This document shows positions 20,556 to 29,406 of a stretch of DNA of 64,000 nucleotides, piece after piece. Numbering within the stretch: position 1 is the stretch's first letter; every line of letters starts with the position of its first letter. The position numbers were made by a program, and so were the translations under genes. Where the stretch lies: assembly GCA_029258725.1 (NCBI GenBank), contig JAPDKE010000003.1, forward strand, positions 22,538-86,537, given 5' to 3'. A model generated the notes under the pieces. That model made no database searches. It was not told the origin of the DNA and worked only from the letters and a program-made list of their open reading frames with translations. The DNA comes from a bacterium (GTDB taxonomy: Bacteria; Hydrothermota; UBA3072; JAPDKE01).

Positions 20556-21600
20556 TTTTTCCTCCCAGGGTTTTTCTGACAAACTCCGCCCTTTTTATGT
20601 CCCTCTCCTCTGCCTCCATTTCCCTTCCCACCAGGAGCTGCAGATGTGCTGGAAGGGAAAGAACAAGCAGTCTTGTAAGATGGAGAACCGAAATCTCGGT
20701 TATAAACCCAAGACCTATTCCAAGTCTTACAGCAGAAGAAAGGTTTATAACCTCTTCAGAGGAGAGCATGCGTGCATATTTCAAAATTCCCCATGCCCTC
20801 CATATCTTGTCCTCTATCTGGCTCCTTGCATTTTTTATGAGTATCTCTCTTGCGTTGAGTTCGTAGTCCATCACTTCCTTAACCATCCTCTTCATGTTCT
20901 CTATAATATCCTCCTCCTTCACCCCGAGTGTTCTCTGGTTTGAAATCTGAAATATGTTTCCCTGGATTCTGCTTCCCTCACCCCACAATCCTCTGACAAA
21001 GTATCCTGTCTGTGAGAGGCTCCTTATAACCTTGTCCATTTCCTTTGTGAGGACAAGGGCGGGAAGATGGACGAGCACCGAGATTCTCATTCCCGTTCCA
21101 ACATTGGTGGGACAGGCAGTGAGATATCCAAAATCGTTGTCAAACGCTATCTCAAGTTCCCTGGAAAGAAAATTGTCTATATCATCAACTATCTCATGCG
21201 CCTCCTCAGGATTGAATCCGGGAACTATGGAGAATATCCTGAAGTGGTCCTCCTCATTGACCATTATTCCGAACTTCTCATCCTCTCCAACTGCAAGCCC
21301 TCTGTTTTTTCCATTTTTTGCAAATTCAGGACTCATCAGCCTTCTTTCAACCAGAAACTGCCTTTCTATGGGGTCAAGCGCATCCATATAAAAAAAGTTT
21401 TCAAAACGCTCAAGTCTCAGAAACGCCTCACGTGCCCTTTCCATCACCTCCGATAATTCCTCTTCACTTGCACGCTGAACAAAAGGGGTATCCGAGAGGT
21501 TCCTCGCAAGCCTGACACGCGTGGAGATAACTATTTCGGAGTATTCCCCCTCCTCCCTCAGCCAGTAGGGTAGCTTTTCAACCATTGGCTGAATGCTCAT
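20545..21600 (-). CDS. mcsB: protein arginine kinase McsB (ATP:guanido phosphotransferase)
   Basis: 351 aa, [28 protein letters not shown]... It sits in the conserved mcsA-mcsB-clpC order. Confidence 0.85.
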   Translation of the reverse strand: MSIQPMVEKLPYWLREEGEYSEIVISTRVRLARNLSDTPFVQRASEEELSEVMERAREAFLRLERFENFFYMDALDPIERQFLVERRLMSPEFAKNGKNRGLAVGEDEKFGIMVNEEDHFRIFSIVPGFNPEEAHEIVDDIDNFLSRELEIAFDNDFGYLTACPTNVGTGMRISVLVHLPALVLTKEMDKVIRSLSQTGYFVRGLWGEGSRIQGNIFQISNQRTLGVKEEDIIENMKRMVKEVMDYELNAREILIKNARSQIEDKIWRAWGILKYARMLSSEEVINLSSAVRLGIGLGFITEISVLHLTRLLVLSLPAHLQLLVGREMEAEERDIKRAEFVRKTLGGKNDG

Positions 21601-22055
21601 AGTTTCTTCAACTCCTCCTCGTAGTGGGAAATCTCATCCCTGATTTTTGCCGCCTTCTCGTACTCCTCCTCTTCAAGTGCCTTTTTAAGCTCCTTTCTGA
21701 GTTCCCTTATATTTCTCTTGAGGGTGAGCATGCGCTCATCCCTTATGAGAATCTTCCCGGTATGATGGTCACTTCCATGAATCCTCCTTAGAAGGGGATA
21801 GAGTTTGGCCCTGAATGCACTGTAACAATCCGCACATCCAAATTTTCCCTTTTTCTTGAATTCCTCGTAGGAAAGACCGCATGTTCCACACCTGGCAATA
21901 TCCACTGGCTCGTCCTTTTTTATCATGAGAGGGGAGGAAAGACCCTTTTTTGCGGCACACTCCGCACATAAATGGAGTACCCGCATCTTGTTGTTCTCAT
22001 CCAGTTCCCGATATTCAAAAATTGCCTCGTTTTTTCCACACATATCACATAGCAT
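21597..22055 (-). CDS. mcsA: McsA, activator of protein arginine kinase (Cys-rich with UVR domain)
   Basis: CDMCGK...LHLCAECA...CGTCG...CADCY zinc-finger pairs plus a C-terminal UVR-like EYEKAAKIRDEI. Confidence 0.75.
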   Translation of the reverse strand: MLCDMCGKNEAIFEYRELDENNKMRVLHLCAECAAKKGLSSPLMIKKDEPVDIARCGTCGLSYEEFKKKGKFGCADCYSAFRAKLYPLLRRIHGSDHHTGKILIRDERMLTLKRNIRELRKELKKALEEEEYEKAAKIRDEISHYEEELKKL

Positions 22056-22731
22056 TCCTCTCCTCCAGTTTGCCTCCGATAAGATTATACATCCTTTTCC
22101 CTATCTTTGCAACCCTTTCGTTATGAGTAACCAGAAGGACTGTGAGTTTTCTTCTTTCAATAAGGGACTCTATGAGTTCAAGCACCTCCCTTGCATGTTC
22201 CTCGTCCAGGTTTCCCGTGGGCTCATCAAGAAAGAGAATCAAAGGGTCATTTGCAAGTGCCCTTGCTATTGCAATCCTCTGACGCTCTCCCCCTGAAAGT
22301 TTTGAGGGAATATGGTCCTTTCTCTCAAGCATTCCAACTTCTGAAAGAAGAGAAAGCGCCTTCTTTTTTGCATCCTCAGTATTTACCCCCTTCATGAACA
22401 TCGGTATCATCACATTTTCAAGTGCTGTGAAACCTGAAAGGAGATGATGGAACTGGAATACAAAACCTATTTTTTTGTTTCTTATCTCCGATATTTCCCG
22501 ATCGCTTTTCTTATAAATCTCCTCCCCATCAACCCATACATTTCCTTCAGTTGGTCTTTCAAGCCCCCCGAGAATGTGTAAAAGGGTGCTCTTTCCCACC
22601 CCTGAGGGGCCCATGATGGAAACACACTCCCCTTTTTCAACCACAAGGTCTATCCCCCTCAGAACATGGATTTTCTCATCCCCGGTTATAAAAACTTTAT
22701 GAAGATTCTCACATCTCAGGACCTCACTCAT
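22045..22731 (-). CDS. lolD: ABC transporter ATP-binding protein, LolD/MacB-type
   Basis: Walker A GPSGVGKST, LSGGERQR signature, and the LolD-like N-terminus LRCENLHKVF. Confidence 0.7.
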   Translation of the reverse strand: MSEVLRCENLHKVFITGDEKIHVLRGIDLVVEKGECVSIMGPSGVGKSTLLHILGGLERPTEGNVWVDGEEIYKKSDREISEIRNKKIGFVFQFHHLLSGFTALENVMIPMFMKGVNTEDAKKKALSLLSEVGMLERKDHIPSKLSGGERQRIAIARALANDPLILFLDEPTGNLDEEHAREVLELIESLIERRKLTVLLVTHNERVAKIGKRMYNLIGGKLEERNAM

Positions 22732-23932
22732 ATCTTATCGCCTCCACAGGGTCAAGAGAACTCGCTTTTCTTGCAGGATAAAGAGTAGCAAGGAAGGAGA
22801 GGATAATGGCACAGGCAGATACGAGTATAAAATCCATGAGTTCCATCCTCACAGGGAGATAGTCCAGGAAGTAAACATCGGATGGAAGAGATATAAATTT
22901 GTACTTCTTCAAGAGAAAACACAGGATGTATCCCAGGATATTCCCCAGAACCGTTCCATAAATCCCTACCATCAACCCTTCCCATATAAATATGCGCTGG
23001 ATTGCTGCACGGGTTGCACCAAGTGCCCTGAGTATTCCTATCTCCCTTGTCTTTTCCATCACTATCATGATAAGGGTTCCAACTATGTTGAACGCTGCAA
23101 CAACCACGATAAGCGTAAGAATTATAAACATCGTTACCTTCTCAAGCCTGAGTGCAGCAAAGAGGGTTCTGTTCATCTCAACCCAGTTTGTGACAAGAAA
23201 TGGATAACCGAGAAACTGAGATATTCTTTTTGAAACTTCAGGTGCATCGTATATATTTTTTATGGTTATCTCAAGCCCGGTTATTCCCTTCATTTCCAGA
23301 AATCTTTTTGCATCCTCAAGTCCCATTATGACCATGTTTGCATTGTATTCATACATCCCTGCATCAAATATTCCAGCAACAATAAATCTCCCGGTCTTTG
23401 GAAGCATTCCAAAAGGGGTTTTTCTCCCAAATGGGGTTGAAAGCTCAATGGTATCTCCAACATGCGCAAAGAGTCTTCCTGCAAGCGTTTCCCCAAGCAG
23501 TATTTTCCTCTTACCCAGGGAAAAACTCCCACCCACCACCTTTTCATGAAGATTGGAGATCTCCTTAAAGTGCTCATCTATTCCTCTCAGGACCACCCCA
23601 TCCACCTTCCTTCCATGCCTTATCAAAATTTTTGTGTAAATAAAAGGTGCAATTCCGGTTATCTCGGGAAATGTCTTCTTCAGAGTATCGGCAAGCACCT
23701 CCCAGTCATAAACCTCTTCTCCGTAAAACTTTGCAACTATCACGTGTGCATTCATCCCCAGGATTTTCTCCTTCAGGTCTTCTTCCATTCCGTTCATAAC
23801 AGAAAGAACAACGACAAGGGCACATACCCCCAGGGTAACCCCTCCTATGGAGATAATGAGAAAAAGGTACCTGAAAAAGTTCCCCTTTCTCCCGAAAAGA
23901 TACCTTCCTGCTATGAATCTCTCAAATCTCAT
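22724..23932 (-). CDS. lipoprotein-releasing system permease, LolC/E (FtsX/MacB-like) family
   Basis: 402 aa; N-terminus FIAGRYLFGRKGNFF, four TM helices with a large periplasmic loop. It is coupled to lolD by an 8-nt overlap. Confidence 0.7.
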   Translation of the reverse strand: MRFERFIAGRYLFGRKGNFFRYLFLIISIGGVTLGVCALVVVLSVMNGMEEDLKEKILGMNAHVIVAKFYGEEVYDWEVLADTLKKTFPEITGIAPFIYTKILIRHGRKVDGVVLRGIDEHFKEISNLHEKVVGGSFSLGKRKILLGETLAGRLFAHVGDTIELSTPFGRKTPFGMLPKTGRFIVAGIFDAGMYEYNANMVIMGLEDAKRFLEMKGITGLEITIKNIYDAPEVSKRISQFLGYPFLVTNWVEMNRTLFAALRLEKVTMFIILTLIVVVAAFNIVGTLIMIVMEKTREIGILRALGATRAAIQRIFIWEGLMVGIYGTVLGNILGYILCFLLKKYKFISLPSDVYFLDYLPVRMELMDFILVSACAIILSFLATLYPARKASSLDPVEAIRYE

Positions 23933-25365
23933 TCCTCACGCAACTGGGGAAAGAGTATGACTTCTCTTATGGATGATGCATTCAGTAAAATCATGACAAG
24001 CCTGTCTATTCCCACCCCGAGCCCTCCTGTGGGAGGCATTCCGTAGTAAAGTGCCCTCACAAAATCCCTGTCGTATTCCTCTCTTTCCTTCAGTTTCAGC
24101 TGCTCCTCAAATCTCCTTTCCTGCTCCTCAGGGTCATTCAATTCACTGTAGGCATTTGCAACCTCCACCCCTCCGATAAACGCCTCAAATCTCTCAACAA
24201 GTCCGGGGTCATCTCTTTTATTCTTTGCAAGGGGGGTTATATCAGCAGGATAATCCACAACAAAGGCTGGCTCAATGAGTTCAGGTTCAACAAACCTTTC
24301 AAAAACGCTCTCAAGTATCTTCCCCTTTATTCTCTTCTCCTCAACCTCAAGTCCAAGTTTTTCTGCAAGTTTTTTTGTCTCCTCAAAAGAAAGCCCTCTC
24401 CACTCCTCCCCCGTGTATTTTTTCAGTGCCTCAAAGTAGGAAATTCTCCTCCACGGTTTTTTCAGAGAAATGGTCTTTCCATCGTATTGAATTTCCTCTT
24501 TTCCATAGATTTTCCTTGCAAGATAAATAACCATATCCTCAAACAGTTCCATCATGTCCCTGTAGTCCGCATATGCCTGATAGACTTCCATTGCAGTAAA
24601 TTCCGGATTGTGGGTCCGGTCAATTCCTTCATTTCTGAAATTTTTTCCTATCTCATAAACCCTCTCATAACCTCCTATAATGAGCCTCTTCAGGTAGAGT
24701 TCATCTGATATTCTTAAATAAAAGTTCTTTTTCAATTTTATGTAGTAAGTTGTAAATGGGGTTGCAAATGCCCCTCCGTAAACTGGTTGAAGAATTGGGG
24801 TTTCAACCTCAACAAACCCTCTTTCATCAAGAAATTCTCTTATCCCTTTTATTATCTCCGCCCTGCGTCTGAAAAGCCCCCTTATTTCTTTATTTGACAT
24901 AAGATCAAGGTAACGCTGTCTGTATCTTGTCTCAACGTCCTTAATTCCATGCCATTTCTCAGGAGGTGGATGGAGTGCCTTTGAGAGGAGGGTAATCTCC
25001 TCCGCCCATACCGTTATCTCCCCTGTCTTTGTCCTGAAAACCTTTCCCTCAACCCCTATAAAATCTCCAAGGTCAAGCAGCTTCACAATGGAATACTTTT
25101 CCCGGAGGGTATCGTATTTGAAGTAAATTTGAATCTCTCCTTTATCATCCTCAATATGAACAAATCCTGCCTTCCCATGCAATCTTCTTGTTTTTATCCT
25201 CCCGCATACTTTAACTTTTTTATCCTCAAATTCTTCGTAGTTTTCCTTTATTTCGGTTGAATATGCGGTTCTTTTAAAAGAATAAGGATAGGGATTAACC
25301 CCCATCCCTTTCAATTTCTCAAGTTTTTCTTTCCTCGCCCTTACCTGGTCCAGCTCTTTTTCCAT
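23929..25365 (-). CDS. lysS: lysyl-tRNA synthetase (class II)
   Basis: 478 aa with an OB-fold N-domain and class II motifs (...FRNEGID..HNPEFT...GGLGVGIDRL). Confidence 0.9.
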   Translation of the reverse strand: MEKELDQVRARKEKLEKLKGMGVNPYPYSFKRTAYSTEIKENYEEFEDKKVKVCGRIKTRRLHGKAGFVHIEDDKGEIQIYFKYDTLREKYSIVKLLDLGDFIGVEGKVFRTKTGEITVWAEEITLLSKALHPPPEKWHGIKDVETRYRQRYLDLMSNKEIRGLFRRRAEIIKGIREFLDERGFVEVETPILQPVYGGAFATPFTTYYIKLKKNFYLRISDELYLKRLIIGGYERVYEIGKNFRNEGIDRTHNPEFTAMEVYQAYADYRDMMELFEDMVIYLARKIYGKEEIQYDGKTISLKKPWRRISYFEALKKYTGEEWRGLSFEETKKLAEKLGLEVEEKRIKGKILESVFERFVEPELIEPAFVVDYPADITPLAKNKRDDPGLVERFEAFIGGVEVANAYSELNDPEEQERRFEEQLKLKEREEYDRDFVRALYYGMPPTGGLGVGIDRLVMILLNASSIREVILFPQLREE

Positions 25366-25453
25366 CGTCTGGATGATAATAGTAAATCATGCACATGTCA
25401 AGGTTGCGAAATCCATGACCCATCAAACATTCGTTTTTGAGGAAAATCGCATA

Positions 25454-25481
25454 TTGACTTTTTTCTTTTTTCCTGTAAACT
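25454..25481 (+). promoter_or_regulatory. candidate sigma70 promoter immediately upstream of tatA (near-leaderless)
   Basis: TTGACT, 16 nt spacer, TAAACT, ending 6 nt before the tatA ATG. Confidence 0.3.
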
Positions 25482-25487
25482 TTAATT

Positions 25488-25661
25488 ATGTTCGGGATAG
25501 GATGGGGTGAACTAATACTCATTTTCCTTGTTATCCTCCTCCTTTTTGGAGCAAAAAAACTCCCTGAGATAGGGAGGGCTCTTGGAAAGGGCATAAGGGA
25601 GTTCAAGCGTTCCATTAAGGAAATAGAGGATGAGGAAGATAACAAGAAGGACATTTCTTAA
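25488..25661 (+). CDS. tatA: Sec-independent (twin-arginine) translocase subunit TatA/E
   Basis: 58-aa ORF, below the ORF-track cutoff: MFGIGWGELILIFLVILLLFGAKKLPEIGRALGKGIREFKRSIKEIEDEEDNKKDIS. This is the classic TatA TM helix, hinge and amphipathic helix signature (FG-KKLPE-GR-LG). Confidence 0.8.
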   Translation: MFGIGWGELILIFLVILLLFGAKKLPEIGRALGKGIREFKRSIKEIEDEEDNKKDIS

Positions 25662-26475
25662 ACTTACGGCACTTTCTCTTCTCTTTGGAAAAACATCCCT
25701 TTTTGGAGGAGAGATGGAACATTCAGGGAGAAGGAAAAATTACTGGAAAAGAGGCTACGTAAGGCAGCAAACAGTGGATGCATCAAAAATATGGGAGGAT
25801 AAAATAAAGGCAAGGATTGATGGGAAATGGAAATGGTACACAATAAGGGAACTTCCTCCTGAGTTCATGGAGTGGAATACAAAGTCAAGGCTCCGGGACC
25901 TTGAAAACATAAAACAGCGCAAGCCACCATCCCTTCACGGACCTCACTCCGGAATGGTTGCAACCTATGGAGCAGGAAGGCTTGATTCGGAATTCACCCT
26001 GAATAACGCAGTGAAAGGAATGGGATTTCTTCCAAGAAAGGATATATTGCCTGAGAAAATAAAACTCCTCCAGGATACAATGAACTCTCCCTTTGAGGAG
26101 AAAATAAAAATCCTGCAGGACCTTTATAAGAACCCTGATTTGCTTGATAAAAAAAGGCAGACATCCCTTGAACTTTATACAACCCCGGAATTTGAGACCC
26201 ATACCTTTCTCAATCTGATGGAGAATCCTGTTGCCACGGTTGTGTTTCTTGACATTCCGAGTTATGAGATAAGAACCATAGCCCAGTTACTTGACCCAAA
26301 CGACCCGAACCTTACCGAGTGGGAAAGAAATGCTGTGGAATATGTGAACCTCATACACTCTTACTTCCATGGGGAATTTCCCAAAAAGTTTATCACCATT
26401 ATTTTTCACATTATAGAGGTATTTGACAACTCACCTGGAAGAAAAGACGCAATGGGAAGAAGAATGGTTCCCTAA
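25630..26475 (+). CDS. hypothetical protein. With the 25630 start it carries a consensus twin-arginine motif (TRRTFLK); the alternative start is 25714
   Basis: The long ORF has the N-terminus MRKITRRTFLKLTALSLLFGKTSLFGG overlapping the tatA 3' end by 32 nt. A better ribosome-binding site (GGAGGAG) precedes the internal MEHSGRR at 25714. The remainder has no recognisable family. Confidence 0.45.
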   Translation: MRKITRRTFLKLTALSLLFGKTSLFGGEMEHSGRRKNYWKRGYVRQQTVDASKIWEDKIKARIDGKWKWYTIRELPPEFMEWNTKSRLRDLENIKQRKPPSLHGPHSGMVATYGAGRLDSEFTLNNAVKGMGFLPRKDILPEKIKLLQDTMNSPFEEKIKILQDLYKNPDLLDKKRQTSLELYTTPEFETHTFLNLMENPVATVVFLDIPSYEIRTIAQLLDPNDPNLTEWERNAVEYVNLIHSYFHGEFPKKFITIIFHIIEVFDNSPGRKDAMGRRMVP

Positions 26476-27482
26476 ACCACCTCCTTGTAAACCCTTACCG
26501 TCTCCTCACCTACCCTTTTCCAGGTGAATTCTCTTGCAATCCTTCTTCCTCTTTCTCCGAGCAACTTCCTTAAATGGGCGTCTTTCAGCAATTCTCTGAG
26601 TTTCTCCTCCATTTCTTCTTCGTCTTCAGGATTCACATAAATACACGCTCCCTGAGAAAACTCCTCCATGGGTGAATTTCTGGAAGTAATAACGGGAGCG
26701 CCTGCTGCCATTGCCTCAAGGACCGGGAGCCCGAACCCCTCCGCAAGGGAAACATAAACAAAAACAGTGCAGGCACGGTACAGAGAGGGAAGAACAATAT
26801 CAGGAACATGCCCGAGGTAAATTGCATTTATACTATTTAATATCTTCTCTCCCATATACCCCTTTCTTCCTGCAACAACGAATGGTATCTTTAATCTCTC
26901 ACACACCCTCGATAATCTTTCAATATTTTTTCTCGGCTTCACAGTTCCAACATACAGAACAAACTCCTGAGGAAGGGAAAATAACCTTCTTATCTCCATC
27001 TCACTTCCTTTAAAAAATCTCTCCTCCACCCCGTGGTATATAACCCTTATCTTTTCCCTCTCCACCCCATACTCAACCGCCCTTTTCTCAACCCATCGGG
27101 AAGGAACTATTATCTTTTTTGCATATTCAAGTGCAAGGGGAATATGAAACTTCCAGTAAATTCTTGCAGGAAAGGACTCTGTCCCAGGAAAATCAAGGGG
27201 GATAAAATCATGAAGGGTAACCACCTGAGGAACAGAAAAGAAAGGGGATGCAATGCTTTTTACATGATGGAAGATATCGCACCTTACCGAGAGAGAGGGA
27301 ATAAGCACATGTTCCCTCAGGGGTCTTGGAATTCCTGGATAATCAAAGAGAACCACCTCCACATCCTCTCTCTCTTCAAGTTCCCGCACAATGTTTCTTA
27401 TGTAGGTTGCAGGACCCCCGGACCTACGGAGAAGGGTTCCATCCATTCCCACCCTTATCCTGTCTCCCATGGTTTTCTCCAT
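26472..27482 (-). CDS. glycosyltransferase family 4 (GT1_RfaG-like)
   Basis: 336 aa with C-terminal EGFGLPVLEAMAAGAPVI, the GT4 signature. Confidence 0.7.
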   Translation of the reverse strand: MEKTMGDRIRVGMDGTLLRRSGGPATYIRNIVRELEEREDVEVVLFDYPGIPRPLREHVLIPSLSVRCDIFHHVKSIASPFFSVPQVVTLHDFIPLDFPGTESFPARIYWKFHIPLALEYAKKIIVPSRWVEKRAVEYGVEREKIRVIYHGVEERFFKGSEMEIRRLFSLPQEFVLYVGTVKPRKNIERLSRVCERLKIPFVVAGRKGYMGEKILNSINAIYLGHVPDIVLPSLYRACTVFVYVSLAEGFGLPVLEAMAAGAPVITSRNSPMEEFSQGACIYVNPEDEEEMEEKLRELLKDAHLRKLLGERGRRIAREFTWKRVGEETVRVYKEVV

Positions 27483-28360
27483 GTAAAATACTCCTCCCGA
27501 ATTCCTGAAGGTTTTCTCTTTTTCAACACCTTCAATCCCATGATAAATGCATCCCTTCTTGCTCTCAATGCCTCAAATCCTTCTCCTTTCAGGAAAGCCC
27601 ATCCCAGGGAGAGAAAGTCATAAAAAATTATGAAAGGGAGGTTTGCAAGGATAAAGAAAACTCTCCAGTTCTTCAGAATGAAAAGCCATTTGTTTCTGTG
27701 AAGAAAATATATGTTTTTCCTTTTCTTTTTCCTGTGCCATACCCTTGCATCAGGACAGAGGCGGGCGGTGAATCCGGATGCGTTGAATCTCCAGAAGAAG
27801 TCCAGGTCCTCGTAGTAGGCAAAAAAGTCCTCATCAAATCCCCCAAGGGAAATAAAGACATCTTTTTTTATAAGAAAACATGCACCGCTTCCCCCAAAAA
27901 CCTCCTTTCCCGGAGAGAGCACATGAAATCCCATTCCTGCTCTGGATGGTGCAAGCCCCATTGATTCCAGACCATCTTCATTGTAAATCACCGGGATAAC
28001 CGCATCGGCATCAACCCTTATCATCTTCTCCACCACATCCTTTTCAAGAACGCAATCCGGATTTAAAAAGAGAATATAGGGTGTCCCGGCAAGTTCTGCT
28101 CCCTGATTGCAGGCATGGGAAAAACCTTTATTTTTTCTGTTTCTTATAATCCTGCATGGAAGGTCCATAATGCTTTCGGGAGAGCCATCCTTTGAGGCGT
28201 TATCCACCACAACAACCTCACATCCGTTCTCAAGGGCGGATAAGACTGCCTTTCTCAGCGTATCCCTGTGATTGTAAGAAACTATTATCGCCGTGCACGG
28301 CAATTTTCTATCCATTTCCTTATCTCCTCCACACTTACCTTCCTTCTTTCCTGCACCCAT
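27455..28360 (-). CDS. glycosyltransferase family 2
   Basis: CTAIIVSYNHRDTLRKAV...VVVVDNASKDGS is a GT2 motif. The start was chosen at MGAGKK (an AAAGGA ribosome-binding site); the alternative start MDRKL is at 28315. The ORF-track N-terminal extension is unlikely. Confidence 0.55.
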   Translation of the reverse strand: MGAGKKEGKCGGDKEMDRKLPCTAIIVSYNHRDTLRKAVLSALENGCEVVVVDNASKDGSPESIMDLPCRIIRNRKNKGFSHACNQGAELAGTPYILFLNPDCVLEKDVVEKMIRVDADAVIPVIYNEDGLESMGLAPSRAGMGFHVLSPGKEVFGGSGACFLIKKDVFISLGGFDEDFFAYYEDLDFFWRFNASGFTARLCPDARVWHRKKKRKNIYFLHRNKWLFILKNWRVFFILANLPFIIFYDFLSLGWAFLKGEGFEALRARRDAFIMGLKVLKKRKPSGIREEYFTWRKPWETG

Positions 28361-29232
28361 TTTCTGTCCTTTCTTTTCTTCCACAGTTTTAAAATTCCCT
28401 CCAGGGTTCCGAGAAACGCATAGGGAAATTTTCCGGAGATAAAGATATGATAAAGAAAACTCCTGAGCGTTCCACCTGCAATCCAGGGAAGGTATCGAAG
28501 AAGGAGGGAAAGTGGAAGATTTTTGTAAATGAGGAAGATTCTGTTTCTTGCAAGCCATCTTGTCTTTAAGGATGTATCCCCCTTTCCTGCTGTCCCTCCC
28601 TCAAGATGGTATATAACAACCTCAGGCAGCAAATATCCCTTATATCCCATTAAATTCAATCTGAAAGAAAGGTCAACATCCTCAAAGTATGCAAAGAAAT
28701 CGGGGTCAAACTTACCTGCTTCAAAAAAGGCATCCTTCTTTACAAAAAAGGAAGAACCCGGGGCTGAAAATATCCTCTCCATTTTTAATCTCTCAGGGAC
28801 CTTTCCATGGAATCTCTTGTAGGGTCTTCCATCCGGAGGAAAACAGTCTCCACAGGAATCGATCTTTCCATCCATTCTGAGAACAAGTGGAGAAAAGAAA
28901 TCACCCTCTTTTTTAATCCTCAGAAACCTCTCAATGCTTCCCTTTTCCACAACAGTATCGTTGTTCATAAACAAAAGAAAATTTCCTTTTGCAATCTCTG
29001 CTCCCCTGTTCACAGCAGGAGCATATCCCATATTCCTTGAGAGGGGAACTATCTTCACCCATGGAAATTCTCTTTCAAGCATCTTCTGTGTTCCATCCGT
29101 TGAGGCATTGTCAACCACAATAACCTCAATTTTCTCCCTTACCTCTTCAAGGGAAAGGAGTAATCTTTTAAGAAGATTCTTTCTATTCCATGTGGGTATG
29201 ATAACCGAAATCTCCATAAAAAAATTATACAT
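28285..29232 (-). CDS. glycosyltransferase family 2
   Basis: MEISVIIPTWNRKNLL...VIVVDNASTDGT. The start is ambiguous (29232 or 29217). Confidence 0.65.
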   Translation of the reverse strand: MYNFFMEISVIIPTWNRKNLLKRLLLSLEEVREKIEVIVVDNASTDGTQKMLEREFPWVKIVPLSRNMGYAPAVNRGAEIAKGNFLLFMNNDTVVEKGSIERFLRIKKEGDFFSPLVLRMDGKIDSCGDCFPPDGRPYKRFHGKVPERLKMERIFSAPGSSFFVKKDAFFEAGKFDPDFFAYFEDVDLSFRLNLMGYKGYLLPEVVIYHLEGGTAGKGDTSLKTRWLARNRIFLIYKNLPLSLLLRYLPWIAGGTLRSFLYHIFISGKFPYAFLGTLEGILKLWKKRKDRKWVQERRKVSVEEIRKWIENCRARR

Positions 29233-29276
29233 CCTCTCTTTCAAAATTCAATTCCCTTTCAAAAGGAATCGGGGAC

Positions 29277-29305
29277 TTGACAAATTTTCATTCCATTATT
29301 ATATT
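29277..29305 (+). promoter_or_regulatory. sigma70 promoter for tRNA-fMet
   Basis: TTGACA, 17 nt spacer, TATATT, ending about 8 nt before the mature tRNA 5' end. Confidence 0.4.
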
Positions 29306-29313
29306 TATACTGG

Positions 29314-29387
<74 letters not shown>

Positions 29388-29406
29388 TTTTTATTTTTAT
29401 AGGGTA

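Noticed and set aside
25319-25654. 111-aa minus-strand ORF
   Set aside because: It is antisense to the clearly recognisable tatA and spans the divergent promoter region.
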